Shown one piece after another: positions 9,632-20,756 of a DNA stretch of 64,000 nt. The translations under genes and the position numbers were made by a program. This stretch comes from an uncultured Acidobacteriota bacterium (GTDB taxonomy: Bacteria > Acidobacteriota > UBA6911). The stretch is taken from positions 167,918-231,917 of the forward strand of contig CAWHCF010000041.1 of NCBI GenBank assembly GCA_963827655.1, given 5' to 3'. Below the pieces are notes generated by a model. It saw only the letters and a list, made by a program, of their open reading frames with translations, was not told the origin of the DNA and ran no database searches. How positions within the stretch are numbered: position 1 is the first letter of the stretch; each line of letters opens with the position of its first letter.

Positions 9632-9947
9632 GCACATTATCCCGCACGCCTGGCGCGTCGCGGACAGCCCACTATTCTTGAGTACAGGCCGGAGCTGAGG
9701 CTGCCGGGCTCGCGCGGCTGGACAGCGGCAATAAGTTACATCATCGCAATAATTTAAGTCAACGCGCACCTTTGCCGGTTCACCTCTGACCAATCGCCAT
9801 CAACCGTTCGCGACAATGTCCTTGACAAGGCGCTCCTCACTGGTATTAGATTCCGCGTCCCTCACAGAGATTGCCTTCCCTCAAAGATTGTCCCTCCCTC
9901 ACAAAATGCATACGGATTTTTGACTCGAAGCCGGATGTCCTGTCCTG

Positions 9948-11012
9948 ATGGCGCTCAGTTTCCTGAACCGCAGCCAGCCACTTGTGGGTCTGGATATTGG
10001 ATCCAGCACAATCAAAGCGGCCGAGCTGCGATCGCTGCGCGATGGAAGTTACGAGCTGGTCAATCTCGGAATCGAGGAACTCCCTCCCGACTGCATTGTC
10101 CACGGCGTGATCACATCGAAGGCTCCTGTATCGGACGCGATCAATCGCCTCTTCAGCGAGCAGAGCATCAAGAACATGAGGGTTGCGACTTCGGTCTCCG
10201 GCCACTCGGTAATTGTGAAGAGAATTTCACTGCCGTCTCAGAGTGATGAAGATCTTGCGGAATCGATCCGATGGGAGGCCGAGCAACATATTCCCTTCGA
10301 TATCGCGGACGTCAGTCTGGCCTACCAGGTACTGGCAGAAAGCGCCAGCGTCGCGAACCTGGACCTGCTGCTGGTTGCGGTCAAAAAGGAAAGGATTACA
10401 GATCAAACCAGTGTGATTACGACGGCCGGGAAGAATCCCGTCGTCGTCGATGTCGACGCGTTCGCGCTACAGAATGCCTACGAGATCAACTATGACCCCG
10501 CGACCCCCGCTCTCATGGCTCTGCTTGATATCGGCGCGAGCATCATGACGATCAACATTATTTCCGGGACCGACCTCCTTTTCACGCGTGATGTGGGCGT
10601 GGGCGGCCATCAGTACACCGATTTCATACGCAAGGAGTTCAATCTCACCTTCAGCCAGGCGCAGGCTCTGAAACACGGCCAGCCTCAGGGAGGGATTGAA
10701 CCCTGGCAGGCGCGCCGCGTCATCGATTCCGTCACCGAGATCATTTGCCTGGAGATCCAGAAAACCTTCGATTTTTTCAGGACCACCACGACGTCCGGGC
10801 GTATTGATCGGATGCTGGTAAGCGGCGGCGCTGCGCATACTCCAGGGTTGATCGAAACCCTGGAACGCAAGTTCGAAATCCCGGTCCAGAAATTTGAAAG
10901 CTTCCGAAGAATCGCCCACGATTCGAAACGATTCTCACCCTCCCTGCTGGCGGAACGCGCCCCTGAACTGGCGGTCGCCATCGGCCTGGCTCTGCGCAAA
11001 GACAAGGAATAG
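9948..11012 (+). CDS. pilM: Type IV pilus assembly protein PilM
   Basis: VGLDIGSSTIK actin-like motif, EAEQHIPF, LDIGA, VSGGAA. Confidence 0.92.
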   Translation: MALSFLNRSQPLVGLDIGSSTIKAAELRSLRDGSYELVNLGIEELPPDCIVHGVITSKAPVSDAINRLFSEQSIKNMRVATSVSGHSVIVKRISLPSQSDEDLAESIRWEAEQHIPFDIADVSLAYQVLAESASVANLDLLLVAVKKERITDQTSVITTAGKNPVVVDVDAFALQNAYEINYDPATPALMALLDIGASIMTINIISGTDLLFTRDVGVGGHQYTDFIRKEFNLTFSQAQALKHGQPQGGIEPWQARRVIDSVTEIICLEIQKTFDFFRTTTTSGRIDRMLVSGGAAHTPGLIETLERKFEIPVQKFESFRRIAHDSKRFSPSLLAERAPELAVAIGLALRKDKE

Positions 11013-11014
11013 TC

Positions 11015-11578
11015 ATGATCCGGGTAAACCTTCTGAAGGACCACGGGGCCGACGCCAAAAAGCCGGCAGCCGAACCGCGGGGCTCTCGCATGGGCCTGGC
11101 GCTGATGGCCTTCTTTATTCTGATTTTATCCGGGATGGGAACCTCGTGGTACTACCTGGAAAACCAGGTCAGGATTCTCAAGGAACAGCGCGACACACTC
11201 AGGACCGAGAATGAGCGCTTGCAGCAGTCGAGAAAACAGATCGATGAATTGGAAGAACTGAAACGCCTGCGTCAGAGCCGGATCGAAGTCATCGAGAAGC
11301 TAAGAGACACTCAAACCGGCCCTGTGCTGATTCTGAATCACGTGATCCGGAGCATGCCGCGCGACGCGGCTCTGTGGTTGACTGTACTCGATCAGAAGGC
11401 GGATCGAGTACAGATCAAAGGATACGCCATGCGCGGCGAATCGATTCCAGATTTCATGAGCAACCTGTCCCAATCGGGATATTTCACAACCGTTGATCTG
11501 GAGTTGATCGAAGTCGAAAAGAATGCCGCGCGGTTTTCTCTTGGATGCAGCACGCTGCGTAAGACTCCGTCGGAGTGA
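11015..11578 (+). CDS. pilN: Type IV pilus assembly protein PilN
   Basis: N-terminal MIRVNLL motif, one TM helix, coiled coil; follows pilM. Confidence 0.88.
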   Translation: MIRVNLLKDHGADAKKPAAEPRGSRMGLALMAFFILILSGMGTSWYYLENQVRILKEQRDTLRTENERLQQSRKQIDELEELKRLRQSRIEVIEKLRDTQTGPVLILNHVIRSMPRDAALWLTVLDQKADRVQIKGYAMRGESIPDFMSNLSQSGYFTTVDLELIEVEKNAARFSLGCSTLRKTPSE

Positions 11579-11582
11579 ACCC

Positions 11583-12173
11583 ATGGATTATCATGTCGAG
11601 AACCTGCCCGGTTCCGGGCAGGCCGTAGTTTTCGCCGCGCTGGCGGCCGGCCTGGTGGCTGTCTTCTACGTTTTCTATCTGCGCGGCCCCCTCGAAGAGC
11701 GCGAGCACCTGCGCGACGAATTGACTCGGCTGGAGCCGGCCATCGCTCAGGGAAAGACCGTCGAACGCCAGCTGAGCCGCTGCAAGAGCGATCTCGCCCG
11801 GCTCGATCAACGGTTCGCAATCCTGCGCAGCATCCTGCTGCCCCCTGAGGAAACCGCTGTCGTCGTCCGGGCCGTTCAGCAGATGGCTAGCGCGAGCAAT
11901 CTTAAAATTACCCGGTTCACTCCGCAGCCGGTGGTGCCGCGAGCTTTTTATTCCGCCTGGCCAGTCATCATGGAGGTCGAGGGAAATTACCACGCACTGG
12001 GTCTCTTTTTCGAGAAGGTCAGTCGACTCGCTCGCATCATTAACATAGACCACATGACGATTAAAGGCATCGATGGCTCAAGCGATTCCTTCCGCACGCT
12101 CTCGGCCGTCTTCACTGCCACGACCTTCGTCCTCAAGGAAGTCCCCGCGTCAACCAGACCCGATCTGCCATGA
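11583..12173 (+). CDS. pilO: Type IV pilus assembly protein PilO
   Basis: TM helix, coiled coil, G-YH-LG-FFEKVSRL-RII motif; operon position. Confidence 0.88.
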   Translation: MDYHVENLPGSGQAVVFAALAAGLVAVFYVFYLRGPLEEREHLRDELTRLEPAIAQGKTVERQLSRCKSDLARLDQRFAILRSILLPPEETAVVVRAVQQMASASNLKITRFTPQPVVPRAFYSAWPVIMEVEGNYHALGLFFEKVSRLARIINIDHMTIKGIDGSSDSFRTLSAVFTATTFVLKEVPASTRPDLP

Positions 12174-12655
12174 AACAGAGCGGTTGCCATTGGGCTCTAG
12201 TCGGAACGGCTCTTTATCTGGTTTTTGCCTCACAGGGCTTGGCGCAAACGGGTGGGCGCGAGCCGAGCAAACCCAGGAAGGACGAGCCGGCAGAACCTGC
12301 GGCCGCCGTAGTCCGGTACCAATCTGCTGGTCGACGCGATCCGTTTCTTAACCCGCTGATCCTGGGCAAGAAATCCGACGACGAGGAGGAGAGTCGGGGC
12401 GAGCCACCTCCCGGAATCGAGGGAACATACCTCGAGCAGGCTGTACTCGTGGGCATCTCCCGGAGAGAGGGAGCGCGGACTGCGGTTTTCCAGGGACCCG
12501 ACCGGCGGGCGTATTTCCTCCAGGAAGGCGACCGGATGTTCGACGGCTATGTAAAGACGATTCAGGACGAGTCGGTCCTGCTGATGCGCGAGACCCGTTT
12601 GAGATCCGGCAAGGTTTTGACACAAGAAGTAACCAAAACGCTGAGATCGCGCTAG
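12170..12655 (+). CDS. pilP: PilP-like pilus assembly protein
   Basis: Signal peptide, GRRDPF motif, lies between pilO and pilQ. Confidence 0.7.
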   Translation: MKQSGCHWALVGTALYLVFASQGLAQTGGREPSKPRKDEPAEPAAAVVRYQSAGRRDPFLNPLILGKKSDDEEESRGEPPPGIEGTYLEQAVLVGISRREGARTAVFQGPDRRAYFLQEGDRMFDGYVKTIQDESVLLMRETRLRSGKVLTQEVTKTLRSR

Positions 12656-12676
12656 CGGCCGGCGAGGAGGGCGGCT

Positions 12677-14161
12677 ATGAAAATCAAGTCGATCAGACAT
12701 GCGGGCTTTGAATCAAGGAACGTGCGCCGGGTCGCAAGTGCGTCGATCCTGGTTTCCCTGCTAAGGTTTGCCGAGAGCCCCGCTGCACAGACGCCCCCGT
12801 CTCCGCTTCCTTCTTCCACGGCGACTTGGGACGGAAGGTTCTCTGGTCATCCGTTGACTCTCGACCTCGTAGACCTGCCGCTGGTGGATTTTTTCCGGCT
12901 CATGGCGCAAGAGGGCGGAATCAACGTCGTCATCGATCCGGAAATCAAAGGAAGCATCTCGATCAAAGTTGTCAAGTTACCCTGGGACCAGATCTTCGAA
13001 GCTGTGCTGCTCAACCACGGTCTGGACAAACACGTCGAAGGCAACCTTGTCCGCATCGCCACAAAACTGACTCTGCAAGAGGAAGCGCAACAGCGAGAGT
13101 CGCTGAAGACGGCAAACCTCCTGGCCGCCGACCTGGAAACCCGAATCAAGCGCTTGAACTATGCCAAAGCCGCGACCTTCGTCGCCGCGCTGACAGACCA
13201 GAAAACCGTTCGCGGAACCGTGGTAGTCGATGAGAGGACAAATTCGCTGATCCTCACCGATATTCCGCCCTCGCTCGATAAAATGATCGAGCTGGTAGAG
13301 TCGCTGGACATACCACAACCTCAGGTGGAGATCGAGGCGCGCATTGTTTCAGCGTCGCGCGACTTTGCGCGCGATATTGGAGTGCAATTTGGATTCGTTC
13401 AGGGAAATTTGCAGCGGGTCAGCGTCGGTGGCCCGAACACCTTTGGAACCATTGGAGGCACCCGGCCGGCGGCCACGCCGATCACCACATTCGCCGGCGG
13501 GAATGCCGCGAGAGGACGCGGCTCGCCTGACAGCATATCCAGTCAGTCGGCCGGAGTCAGCACGGGCACCGGAAATCAGAATGCGGGAAATCTCAACCTC
13601 AACCTCCCGGCCCTGAAGCCATTCGGCGGGATCGGCATTTCGGTCGGCAACATTCTCGATACATTTCTTCTGGACGCCGCAATTACGGCAGGGGAAAACA
13701 ACGGCCTGGCCAAATTGATCTCTCAGCCGAAAGTCACGGCTCTGAACAATCACGCCGCCAGCATCACCCAGGGGCTCCGCTTCCCGGTTCAGATCGTCGC
13801 CAACAACACGATCGCTGTGCAATTCCAGAACGCGGCCCTTAACCTGACGGTGACGCCGCAGATTACCGTCGAGGGGAACATAATCCTCGACCTGAAGATC
13901 GAAAACAATACGCCCGATTTCTCGCGATCGGTAAATGGAATCCCCTCCATCCGCACGAGCGAATCCGTGACGCGAGTCCTGGTGAGCGACGGCGGAACCA
14001 CTGTCATCGGCGGTATCCTGGTGGAGGATGAGACGACCCAGGAGGAGCGAATTCCGGGTCTGGCTTCTCTGCCGCTCATAGGAAATATCTTCCGGCGCTC
14101 CGCAGTTGCACGCAGCGTCCAGGAAGTTCTCTTCTTCATCACCCCCAGGATCGTGAAGTAG
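12677..14161 (+). CDS. pilQ: Type IV pilus secretin PilQ (short, no obvious AMIN domains)
   Basis: PWDQ, DERTNSLI, QVEIEARIV, DGGTTVIGGI, IPGLASLPLIG, FITPRIV motifs. Confidence 0.92.
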   Translation: MKIKSIRHAGFESRNVRRVASASILVSLLRFAESPAAQTPPSPLPSSTATWDGRFSGHPLTLDLVDLPLVDFFRLMAQEGGINVVIDPEIKGSISIKVVKLPWDQIFEAVLLNHGLDKHVEGNLVRIATKLTLQEEAQQRESLKTANLLAADLETRIKRLNYAKAATFVAALTDQKTVRGTVVVDERTNSLILTDIPPSLDKMIELVESLDIPQPQVEIEARIVSASRDFARDIGVQFGFVQGNLQRVSVGGPNTFGTIGGTRPAATPITTFAGGNAARGRGSPDSISSQSAGVSTGTGNQNAGNLNLNLPALKPFGGIGISVGNILDTFLLDAAITAGENNGLAKLISQPKVTALNNHAASITQGLRFPVQIVANNTIAVQFQNAALNLTVTPQITVEGNIILDLKIENNTPDFSRSVNGIPSIRTSESVTRVLVSDGGTTVIGGILVEDETTQEERIPGLASLPLIGNIFRRSAVARSVQEVLFFITPRIVK

Positions 14162-14202
14162 CCCAACGCTACGGCACCTCTTCGCCTTCGGAGACCGGCC
14201 GC

Positions 14203-14922
14203 CTACTTCCACGTGATCTCCATGCCGAAGAAGTGCATGAACACCTGTCTATTCGGGCGATTTTTTGGATTCTGCTCCGGGCTTCGAATGTAAAAATCGA
14301 TCTGCTGTGTCGCCGGATTGGTTTCGCCGCCCGGCAGTTTCTTGTTTGCCATCGGATAGTTGACGCGCAGGGACTTCCGGTCGCGAAGCCCCTGCGTTAC
14401 CATGAAGTGCATTTCGTAGTCCCGGTAGAGGGGCTTTCCATTGAGCGTTGCGTGCCCGAACCCCCAACCCGCCAGAAAACCGACCGTCTTCGGCCAGTTG
14501 TTGTCTCCACACCCCGAATCAGTTCCGTGCTCGTGGATGTACGCGACGATGCCGCCGTTCTGACACGGGCTGAATTCGTTCCACCTGTCCATTGCCAGCA
14601 CCAGTTCGCCTTCGGGAATCTTCAGTCTAGCTTCGAACGTACCCGTGTTCCGGATTTCGTTCACATCGATCTCGGCCGTCCCGGCAACAGGACGCACGTT
14701 CTTCGCTTCGTTGTCCAGATGGTCCCAACCGTCAGGATCATTCAGGCCTCCGACCATGTAGATGCGATTCGCTGAAATCACGAAATGCCCGTCGTACAAG
14801 TCGTGTTGTTCCGGCGCGTAGATGTGGACCAAAGCGCCCGGCTGCTGCCGGGGATTGGGTCCCTGCTGCGCGCCGACTGACGCCCCCAGGACCAGACTCA
14901 ATATCAGCATGCCCCTTCCCAT
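14203..14922 (-). CDS. Hypothetical secreted protein
   Basis: 239-aa clean ORF with signal peptide and GGAGG SD; no family recognised. Confidence 0.7.
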   Translation of the reverse strand: MGRGMLILSLVLGASVGAQQGPNPRQQPGALVHIYAPEQHDLYDGHFVISANRIYMVGGLNDPDGWDHLDNEAKNVRPVAGTAEIDVNEIRNTGTFEARLKIPEGELVLAMDRWNEFSPCQNGGIVAYIHEHGTDSGCGDNNWPKTVGFLAGWGFGHATLNGKPLYRDYEMHFMVTQGLRDRKSLRVNYPMANKKLPGGETNPATQQIDFYIRSPEQNPKNRPNRQVFMHFFGMEITWK

Positions 14923-14961
14923 AAAGCCCTCCTGTTTCCACGTGCTCCGAAACGAAAAAGG

Positions 14962-14993
14962 ATTATACTGAAACGACTGTTACAAAGTAAAAC
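14962..14993 (-). promoter_or_regulatory. Promoter with putative operator (TGTAAC-N4-GTTTCA) between the hypothetical gene and chrB
   Basis: Minus strand GTTTTACTTTGTAACAGTCGTTTCAGTATAAT; 25-mer 22/25 identical to 22159-22183. Confidence 0.6.
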
Positions 14994-15049
14994 GCGTGAC
15001 GGACGCGCGTTCGCCGCTGCCGATGCGGCATCGGCGGTAAAGGATCGGT

Positions 15050-16142
15050 ATGATTGCCTCCCATTCACAGCGGGACCGTTTCGCGACCGCGCGACCCGCA
15101 GCCGCCTCCCGCCGTTGGCTGCTGTTTGTGCATCAGCTTCCCCCGAACCCTTCGAACCTTCGCGTTCGCACGTGGCGCCGCCTTCAACAGATTGGAGCGC
15201 TGGCGGTCAAGCAGGCAGTATACGTGCTCCCGGATTCGCCCAACGCTCGCGAGGACTTCGAATGGTTGAAGACGGAGATCGAGGCTAACGGCGGGCAAGC
15301 GAGCGTCTTTGCGGCCGACACGGTTGATACCTGGTCGAACGACGCGCTGGTTGAAGAGTTCCGGCGCTCGCGCGAAATGGCGTACACCGAGTTGGCACGC
15401 GAGGCTGAACGGATACTGGCTCGGACAGGTGCCGGCCCGCGCCGCTCCAAGCGCATGCTTTCACGCCGCACCGTGCAACGACTGCGAGAGCGACTCACGG
15501 CGATTGAACATGTGGACTTCTTTGGCAGTGCGGGCCGCGACCGCGTGCTCGTGCTCGTCCGGCAGATTGAGGAACGCGCCATCGGAACGCAGCGCGGTGG
15601 CGGCGAAAGCGCCATCGGGCGACGCGCCGACGTCATACAAGGCACGACTGTGGGTGACTCGCCCGCGTCCGGGCGTCGACCGCATGGCGTCGGCATGGCT
15701 CGTCCGGCGCTTCATCGATCCCGAAGCGCGTTTCGCCTTCGCCGCAGATCGAAACGCGGTGCCTGATGATGCGATTCCGTTCGACATGTTTGGCGTGGAG
15801 TTCAGTCATCAAGGCGAAGGCTGCACGTTCGAGACGCTATGCACCGTCTTCGGCATCGAGGAGGCCGCGGTCAAGCGGCTTGCGCCGATTGTTCACGATC
15901 TCGATCTGAAGGATGCCCGGTTTGGCGCACCCGAAGCCGCCACGGTAGGGGCTGTCATCGAGGGACTGCAGCTCGCGCACGCCGACGATGACGCGCTGCT
16001 CGCGCACGGCATCGTGCTATTCGACTCACTCTATCGAGCGTTTGAAAAGTCAGCGCGGTCGGCGGGGCCGCGGGCTCTTGCGAAGCCCCGACGGAAGGAG
16101 TCCAAACATGCCCGGGCGTCACGGCCCCGAGGCAATCCATAG
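15050..16142 (+). CDS. chrB: ChrB family regulator (N-terminal ChrB domain plus chromate-resistance domain), frameshift near 15600
   Basis: RVRTWRRLQQIGA...VYVLP and VDFFGS in one frame; WVTRPRPGVDRMASAWLVRRFIDPEA, PFDMFGVEFSH, CTFE in another. Confidence 0.85.
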
Positions 16143-16151
16143 TCGTCAGGT

Positions 16152-17420
16152 GTGACCCATGAGCTCACCCCCAGCGGCCAGCCGCAGCTCCGAGATCGCT
16201 CACGCGATAGCGATCGCCGAGGAACTCCATTCCGGTGCGGCGCCGTCGCATTGATTCGTCTGTGTGCAGCCGGCTTCGTCGCGTACTGCAGCTACGCGAT
16301 CTGCAGGACGCCGTTGCTGCCCCTGTTCGCGAGTGAACTGGGCGCTGGTCCAGCATTGATCGGGTTCGTGATGGGCGCGTCGACCCTGACGGGCATCGTG
16401 GTGAAGCTACCGGCCGGCGCCTTGTCTGATGTGTTCGGGCGGCGCCGGCTGCTCATTGCAGGTGCGCTCGTCTTTGCCAGCCTGCCGTTCACCTACCTCC
16501 TGGCAACCGCGTTGTTCGTGCTCGTCCTGCTGCGATTCGTGCACGGCGCAGCAACAGCCATCTTCGGGCCGGTGGCCTCAGCGAGTCTCTCTGACATTGC
16601 GCCACCGGCGAGTCGCGGCGCCTGGCTCAGCGCATACTCCACCGCTCAGGGCGCAGGCCAGGCGCTGGGGCCTGTGCTCGCCGGGTACCTGATCGCGGCC
16701 GGCCGCTTCGATCTGGCGTTTCTCGCGTCGGGTCTCATCGGTGTGGCGGTGCCTCTCATCATCGCCGGCTGGCGCACCACGTCTCCCGCACGATCGAATC
16801 GTGCGCCATGGCAGGAATTCAAGCGTGGCGTCGCCGAGGTCGGACGCGATCGGCTCGTCCTGGTCACGAGTGGCGCACAAGCCGCACAGTTTGTCTTGAA
16901 CGGCATGCTTAATGCCTTCTTGCCGCTTTACGGCCGCGATGTCCTGGGACTGACGGCCGCGGAACTGGGCTGGCTGTTCGGTCTCCAAACGGTCACGACG
17001 CTGGCCATCCGTCCCGTCATCGGTTTCGTGTCGGATCGAGCCGGCAGGCGATGGGTCATCGTGACCGGCCTCATGATATGCGGCGCAGCGGTCCTCCTGG
17101 TCTCGATCGCCACAAATCGGGCCACGACCGTCACGGCGATTCTCATGTACGCCGCTGGGGTGGCGACGACCACTGCCGCCACGACCGCATACATCACGGA
17201 CGTGACACGCCGGGCACGCTATGGAGCCGCGCACGGCGTGTTCGGGACCATCTACGACATCGGCGACGCCCTCGGCCCGATCGCAGCCGGGCTACTCGTC
17301 GCGGCTGTCGGGTACGCGCGGATGTTCCAGGTTATGGCAGCGGTTGCGCTCGTCATGGCCGTCGCATTCGCCATCACATCAAGGCCGGTGACCACCGAAC
17401 GAGTATCCCAGGGCGCGTGA
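16152..17420 (+). CDS. MFS transporter
   Basis: About 12 hydrophobic segments; GALSDVFGRR and GFVSDRAGRR motif-A repeats. Confidence 0.9.
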   Translation: MTHELTPSGQPQLRDRSRDSDRRGTPFRCGAVALIRLCAAGFVAYCSYAICRTPLLPLFASELGAGPALIGFVMGASTLTGIVVKLPAGALSDVFGRRRLLIAGALVFASLPFTYLLATALFVLVLLRFVHGAATAIFGPVASASLSDIAPPASRGAWLSAYSTAQGAGQALGPVLAGYLIAAGRFDLAFLASGLIGVAVPLIIAGWRTTSPARSNRAPWQEFKRGVAEVGRDRLVLVTSGAQAAQFVLNGMLNAFLPLYGRDVLGLTAAELGWLFGLQTVTTLAIRPVIGFVSDRAGRRWVIVTGLMICGAAVLLVSIATNRATTVTAILMYAAGVATTTAATTAYITDVTRRARYGAAHGVFGTIYDIGDALGPIAAGLLVAAVGYARMFQVMAAVALVMAVAFAITSRPVTTERVSQGA

Positions 17421-17458
17421 TGCCGACTGGCCGTAGCCACAGAGAGAGGAAACCTCTC

Positions 17459-18118
17459 ATGAAAATGGCCAGGTTGTTACTGCCGCTCGTTGCGTTTGGC
17501 GCGACCCTCGTTGTCCATGCGGCGAGTCGAAGAGTCGACTTCTCCGACGACGCCGTGGGGCAGCCGCCGAAGGGCTTTGAATTCGGTCACACGGCCAAAG
17601 CAGGCGCACCCGGCAAGTGGATCGTGCAGGCTGAAGGCACGAACAAGTATCTGGCACAGGTGGACGCGGACAACACGCGCGCCCGGTTTCCAGTGGCCGT
17701 CGTGAGCGACATCAGTGCTGCCGATATCGATCTGTCCGTTCGGTTCAAACCCGTGTCGGGCCGTGTGGACCAGGCCGCGGGCCTCGTGTGGCGCTTCCAG
17801 AACGAGGACAACTATTACATCGTCCGCGCGAACGCGCTCGAAAACAATGTCGTGCTGTACAAGGTCGAGAAAGGTAACCGCACCGATCTCCCGGTCAAGG
17901 GAGAGGGCCGCACGTACGGCAAGAAGGCGCAGGTCCCGTCGGGGCAATGGAGCACGTTGAGAGTGGTGGCCGCCGGACCTCGCTTCGAGGTGCATTTCAA
18001 CGGGAGCAAGCTGTACGAGGTGGAAGACACCACCTTCAGTCAGGCCGGCAAAGTCGGCGTGTGGACCAAGGCCGACTCCGTGACCCAATTCGACGATTTA
18101 ACGGTCACCACCAGGTAG
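17459..18118 (+). CDS. Secreted DUF1080-like (concanavalin/GH16-fold) protein
   Basis: Signal peptide; DQAAGLVWRFQNEDNYYIVRANALENNV and GKVGVWTKADSVTQFDDL. Confidence 0.7.
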   Translation: MKMARLLLPLVAFGATLVVHAASRRVDFSDDAVGQPPKGFEFGHTAKAGAPGKWIVQAEGTNKYLAQVDADNTRARFPVAVVSDISAADIDLSVRFKPVSGRVDQAAGLVWRFQNEDNYYIVRANALENNVVLYKVEKGNRTDLPVKGEGRTYGKKAQVPSGQWSTLRVVAAGPRFEVHFNGSKLYEVEDTTFSQAGKVGVWTKADSVTQFDDLTVTTR

Positions 18119-18137
18119 CCGATTATGCGTTCACCGT

Positions 18138-19163
18138 GTGGCATCACCCTCCTTCACCTCGCGACGGCCGCTCGTCGTCACATTGGCCGGGTGTCGGTCG
18201 TCCGAACCGCCCCGAAATGCCTCTCGGACCGTCACGATCTATGTGTCAACGGATCGCGTCTTTTCTGAGCCGGTGCTTCGCGAGTACGAACGGCGCTCCG
18301 GCGTTCGAGTCAACGCCGTGTACGACACCGAAGAGACGAAGTCGACGGGGTTGGCCAACCGACTGCTCGCAGAGAAGGCCCGGCCTCAAGCCGACGTGTT
18401 CTGGTCGAACGAGCCCGTCCGCACGCTGGTGTTGAAATCACGCGATGTCCTGGCATCGTATCGATCGCCCAGTGCCGACGGAATCCCTTCTCTGCTCGTC
18501 GACCCGGACGGGTACTGGACCGGTTTCTCGGCGCGCATGCGGGTGCTCGCCTACAACACGAAGATGGTCAAGGCGGAAGACGCACCCGGATCCATTTTCG
18601 ACCTGGCGGAATCGAAATGGAAAGGACAGGTCGCGATGGCGGATCCGCGGTTCGGATCGACATCGTTCCATGTCGCCGCACTATACGCCCTGGCCGGCGA
18701 CGACAAGATGGATGCCTTCTTCAAGCGACTCAAGGCCAACGATGTGCGCATCGTCGATGGCAACTCGGTCGTGCGAGACCTGGTGGCCCGCGGTGAGGTC
18801 AAAGTGGGCCTCACCGACACGGACGATGTGAATGTGGCGATCGAGAACGGTCAGCCGGTGGGTATGGTCTTGCCGGACCGGGATGGACTCGGTGTGCCGG
18901 TCATGCCGAACATGGTTTCGCTCATTGCCAATGCGCCGCATCCGCAGGACGCGAGACAACTCATCGATTACCTGTTGTCGGCAGACGTGGAGCGACAACT
19001 CGCGCAGTCGGAGGCCGTGCAGATCCCGTTGCATGCCGGCGTCCCCGGTCCGAAGAACATTCCGCCGATCAACAGTTTCAAACCCATGACGCTCGACTTC
19101 GCAAAGGCGGCCCGTCGAGTCGAGGACGTGACGACCCGTCTCGCGACGATTCTCGGCCTGTAA
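18138..19163 (+). CDS. ABC transporter substrate-binding protein (Fe3+/AfuA-FbpA-like); true start probably slightly upstream with an indel
   Basis: VTIYVS, RLLAEKARPQADVFWS, WKGQVAMADPRFGST, ARQLIDYLLS. Confidence 0.85.
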   Translation: MASPSFTSRRPLVVTLAGCRSSEPPRNASRTVTIYVSTDRVFSEPVLREYERRSGVRVNAVYDTEETKSTGLANRLLAEKARPQADVFWSNEPVRTLVLKSRDVLASYRSPSADGIPSLLVDPDGYWTGFSARMRVLAYNTKMVKAEDAPGSIFDLAESKWKGQVAMADPRFGSTSFHVAALYALAGDDKMDAFFKRLKANDVRIVDGNSVVRDLVARGEVKVGLTDTDDVNVAIENGQPVGMVLPDRDGLGVPVMPNMVSLIANAPHPQDARQLIDYLLSADVERQLAQSEAVQIPLHAGVPGPKNIPPINSFKPMTLDFAKAARRVEDVTTRLATILGL

Positions 19164-19185
19164 GGAGTCGATCGTTTACAACGAC

Positions 19186-20756
19186 ATGTGGCGATGGCAG
19201 TCCAGCCGAACCCTGGTAGTTGGTATCGCGCTTGTCATGTTCATTGCGTGCTGCGTCATGCCGGTCGGCCATCTGCTCGCGGTGTCGCCGGGCGGCGTGG
19301 GCGCTTACACAGTCGGTGATGCTGGATACGCGCCAGCGCGGGCTTCTCGCCAACAGCGCGCTTCTCGGCGCCGGGACCGCAGTGCTTGCCACCGCGATCG
19401 GCGCCCCACTGGGTCTCGCGCTCGCACGCATCTCCCTGCCACGGAAAGGTCTGCTTCGCCTCGCGCTCGCGGCGCCGGTCCTGCTGCCGCCGTACATTGT
19501 CGGACTAGCCTGGACATATCTCGGCAGCGGCAGTGGATGGCTGGCGAGAGTTGTCGGCGCCGATCTGATATCACTCTGGACCTACAGCCTTCCGGCGGCC
19601 ATCCTCGTTCTGAGCCTCGTGTTCTACCCGGTTTCCATGCTCGCCACAGAAGTGGCGCTGCGGCAGATCGACGGCCGACTCGAGGAAGCCGCGCTCGTCG
19701 TCGCTTCGCCCGCTCGCGTGCTGGGGCGCATCACGCTGCCGCTAGCCCTGCCGTCAGTCCTCGCGGCGACGCTCCTGATCTTCGTGCTCGCGGTATCCGA
19801 GTTCGGCGTCCCTGGCCTGCTCCGGGTGCGCGTGTACACTACGGAGGTCTTCACGGCCTTCGCCGCGCTGTACGACTTCACTCGCGCCATCCTCCTCACC
19901 GTTCCACTCCTCGTTCTCTGTTTGGCCGTTGCGTCCGTCGCCGCCCTCATGGGAGGGCGTCTTCTGGTCACGCGCCGCAGTGCCGGCGTCCGTCCGCTTA
20001 TGTTCGACGCATGGCGGCAACCAGCGACAGCCGGCGCGATCGCCGTGCTGGCGATTGGTCTGGTACTGCCGCTCGCGATCCTGGTCGGCGAGGCATTGGG
20101 CGCTCGATCGCTGTCTACCGTGTTCGCGGGGTCCGGTGAAGCCATTTCAAACAGCCTGGTGCTGGCGACCGCAGGTGCCACGGTGGTCGTTATCGTGGCG
20201 GCCGTGCTCGGCTACGGACGAACCAGGGTCGGCGCACGAATCGGAGGGATCGCCGACGTTCTCTTCGTCGTGCTCTTCGCGGTGCCGAGCACGATCGTCG
20301 GCGATCGGTTTGATCAGTCTGTGGAATCGACCGGGCCCGCTGGGCATGGTCTACGGGACAGACGCGATGCTGCTTCTGGGATATTCGGCGCGGTTCCTTC
20401 CGGTCGCAGCGCTCGCGGTCGCCGCGAGCGCCCGCTATGTGCCTATCTCGCACGAGGAGGCTGCCGCGGTCAGCGGTGCCGGATGGTTTCGCACGATGTG
20501 GCGCATCGTCCTGCCGCAGATGCGCATGGGTCTGGCTGCAGCGTGGGTCATCGCGTTCGTTCTGGCATTCGGCGAGCTCGGCGTGAGCATTCTCGTGGCG
20601 CCGCCTGGTGAAGCGACGCTGCCGGTTCGCGTCTACACCCTCATCGCGAATACGCCTCCCTCGCACGTAGCCGCCCTGGCACTTCTGCAAGCCGGCGTTA
20701 TCTTTGCCCTTCTCGCCGCGCTCGCAGCGGCCGTTTCGTTGCGGGAGGGCCGATGA
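19186..20756 (+). CDS. ABC transporter permease (FbpB-like, two permease repeats), frameshifted
   Basis: LEEAALVVAS and HEEAAAVSGAG EAA motifs in consecutive frames; indels near 19290 and 20303. Confidence 0.85.
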
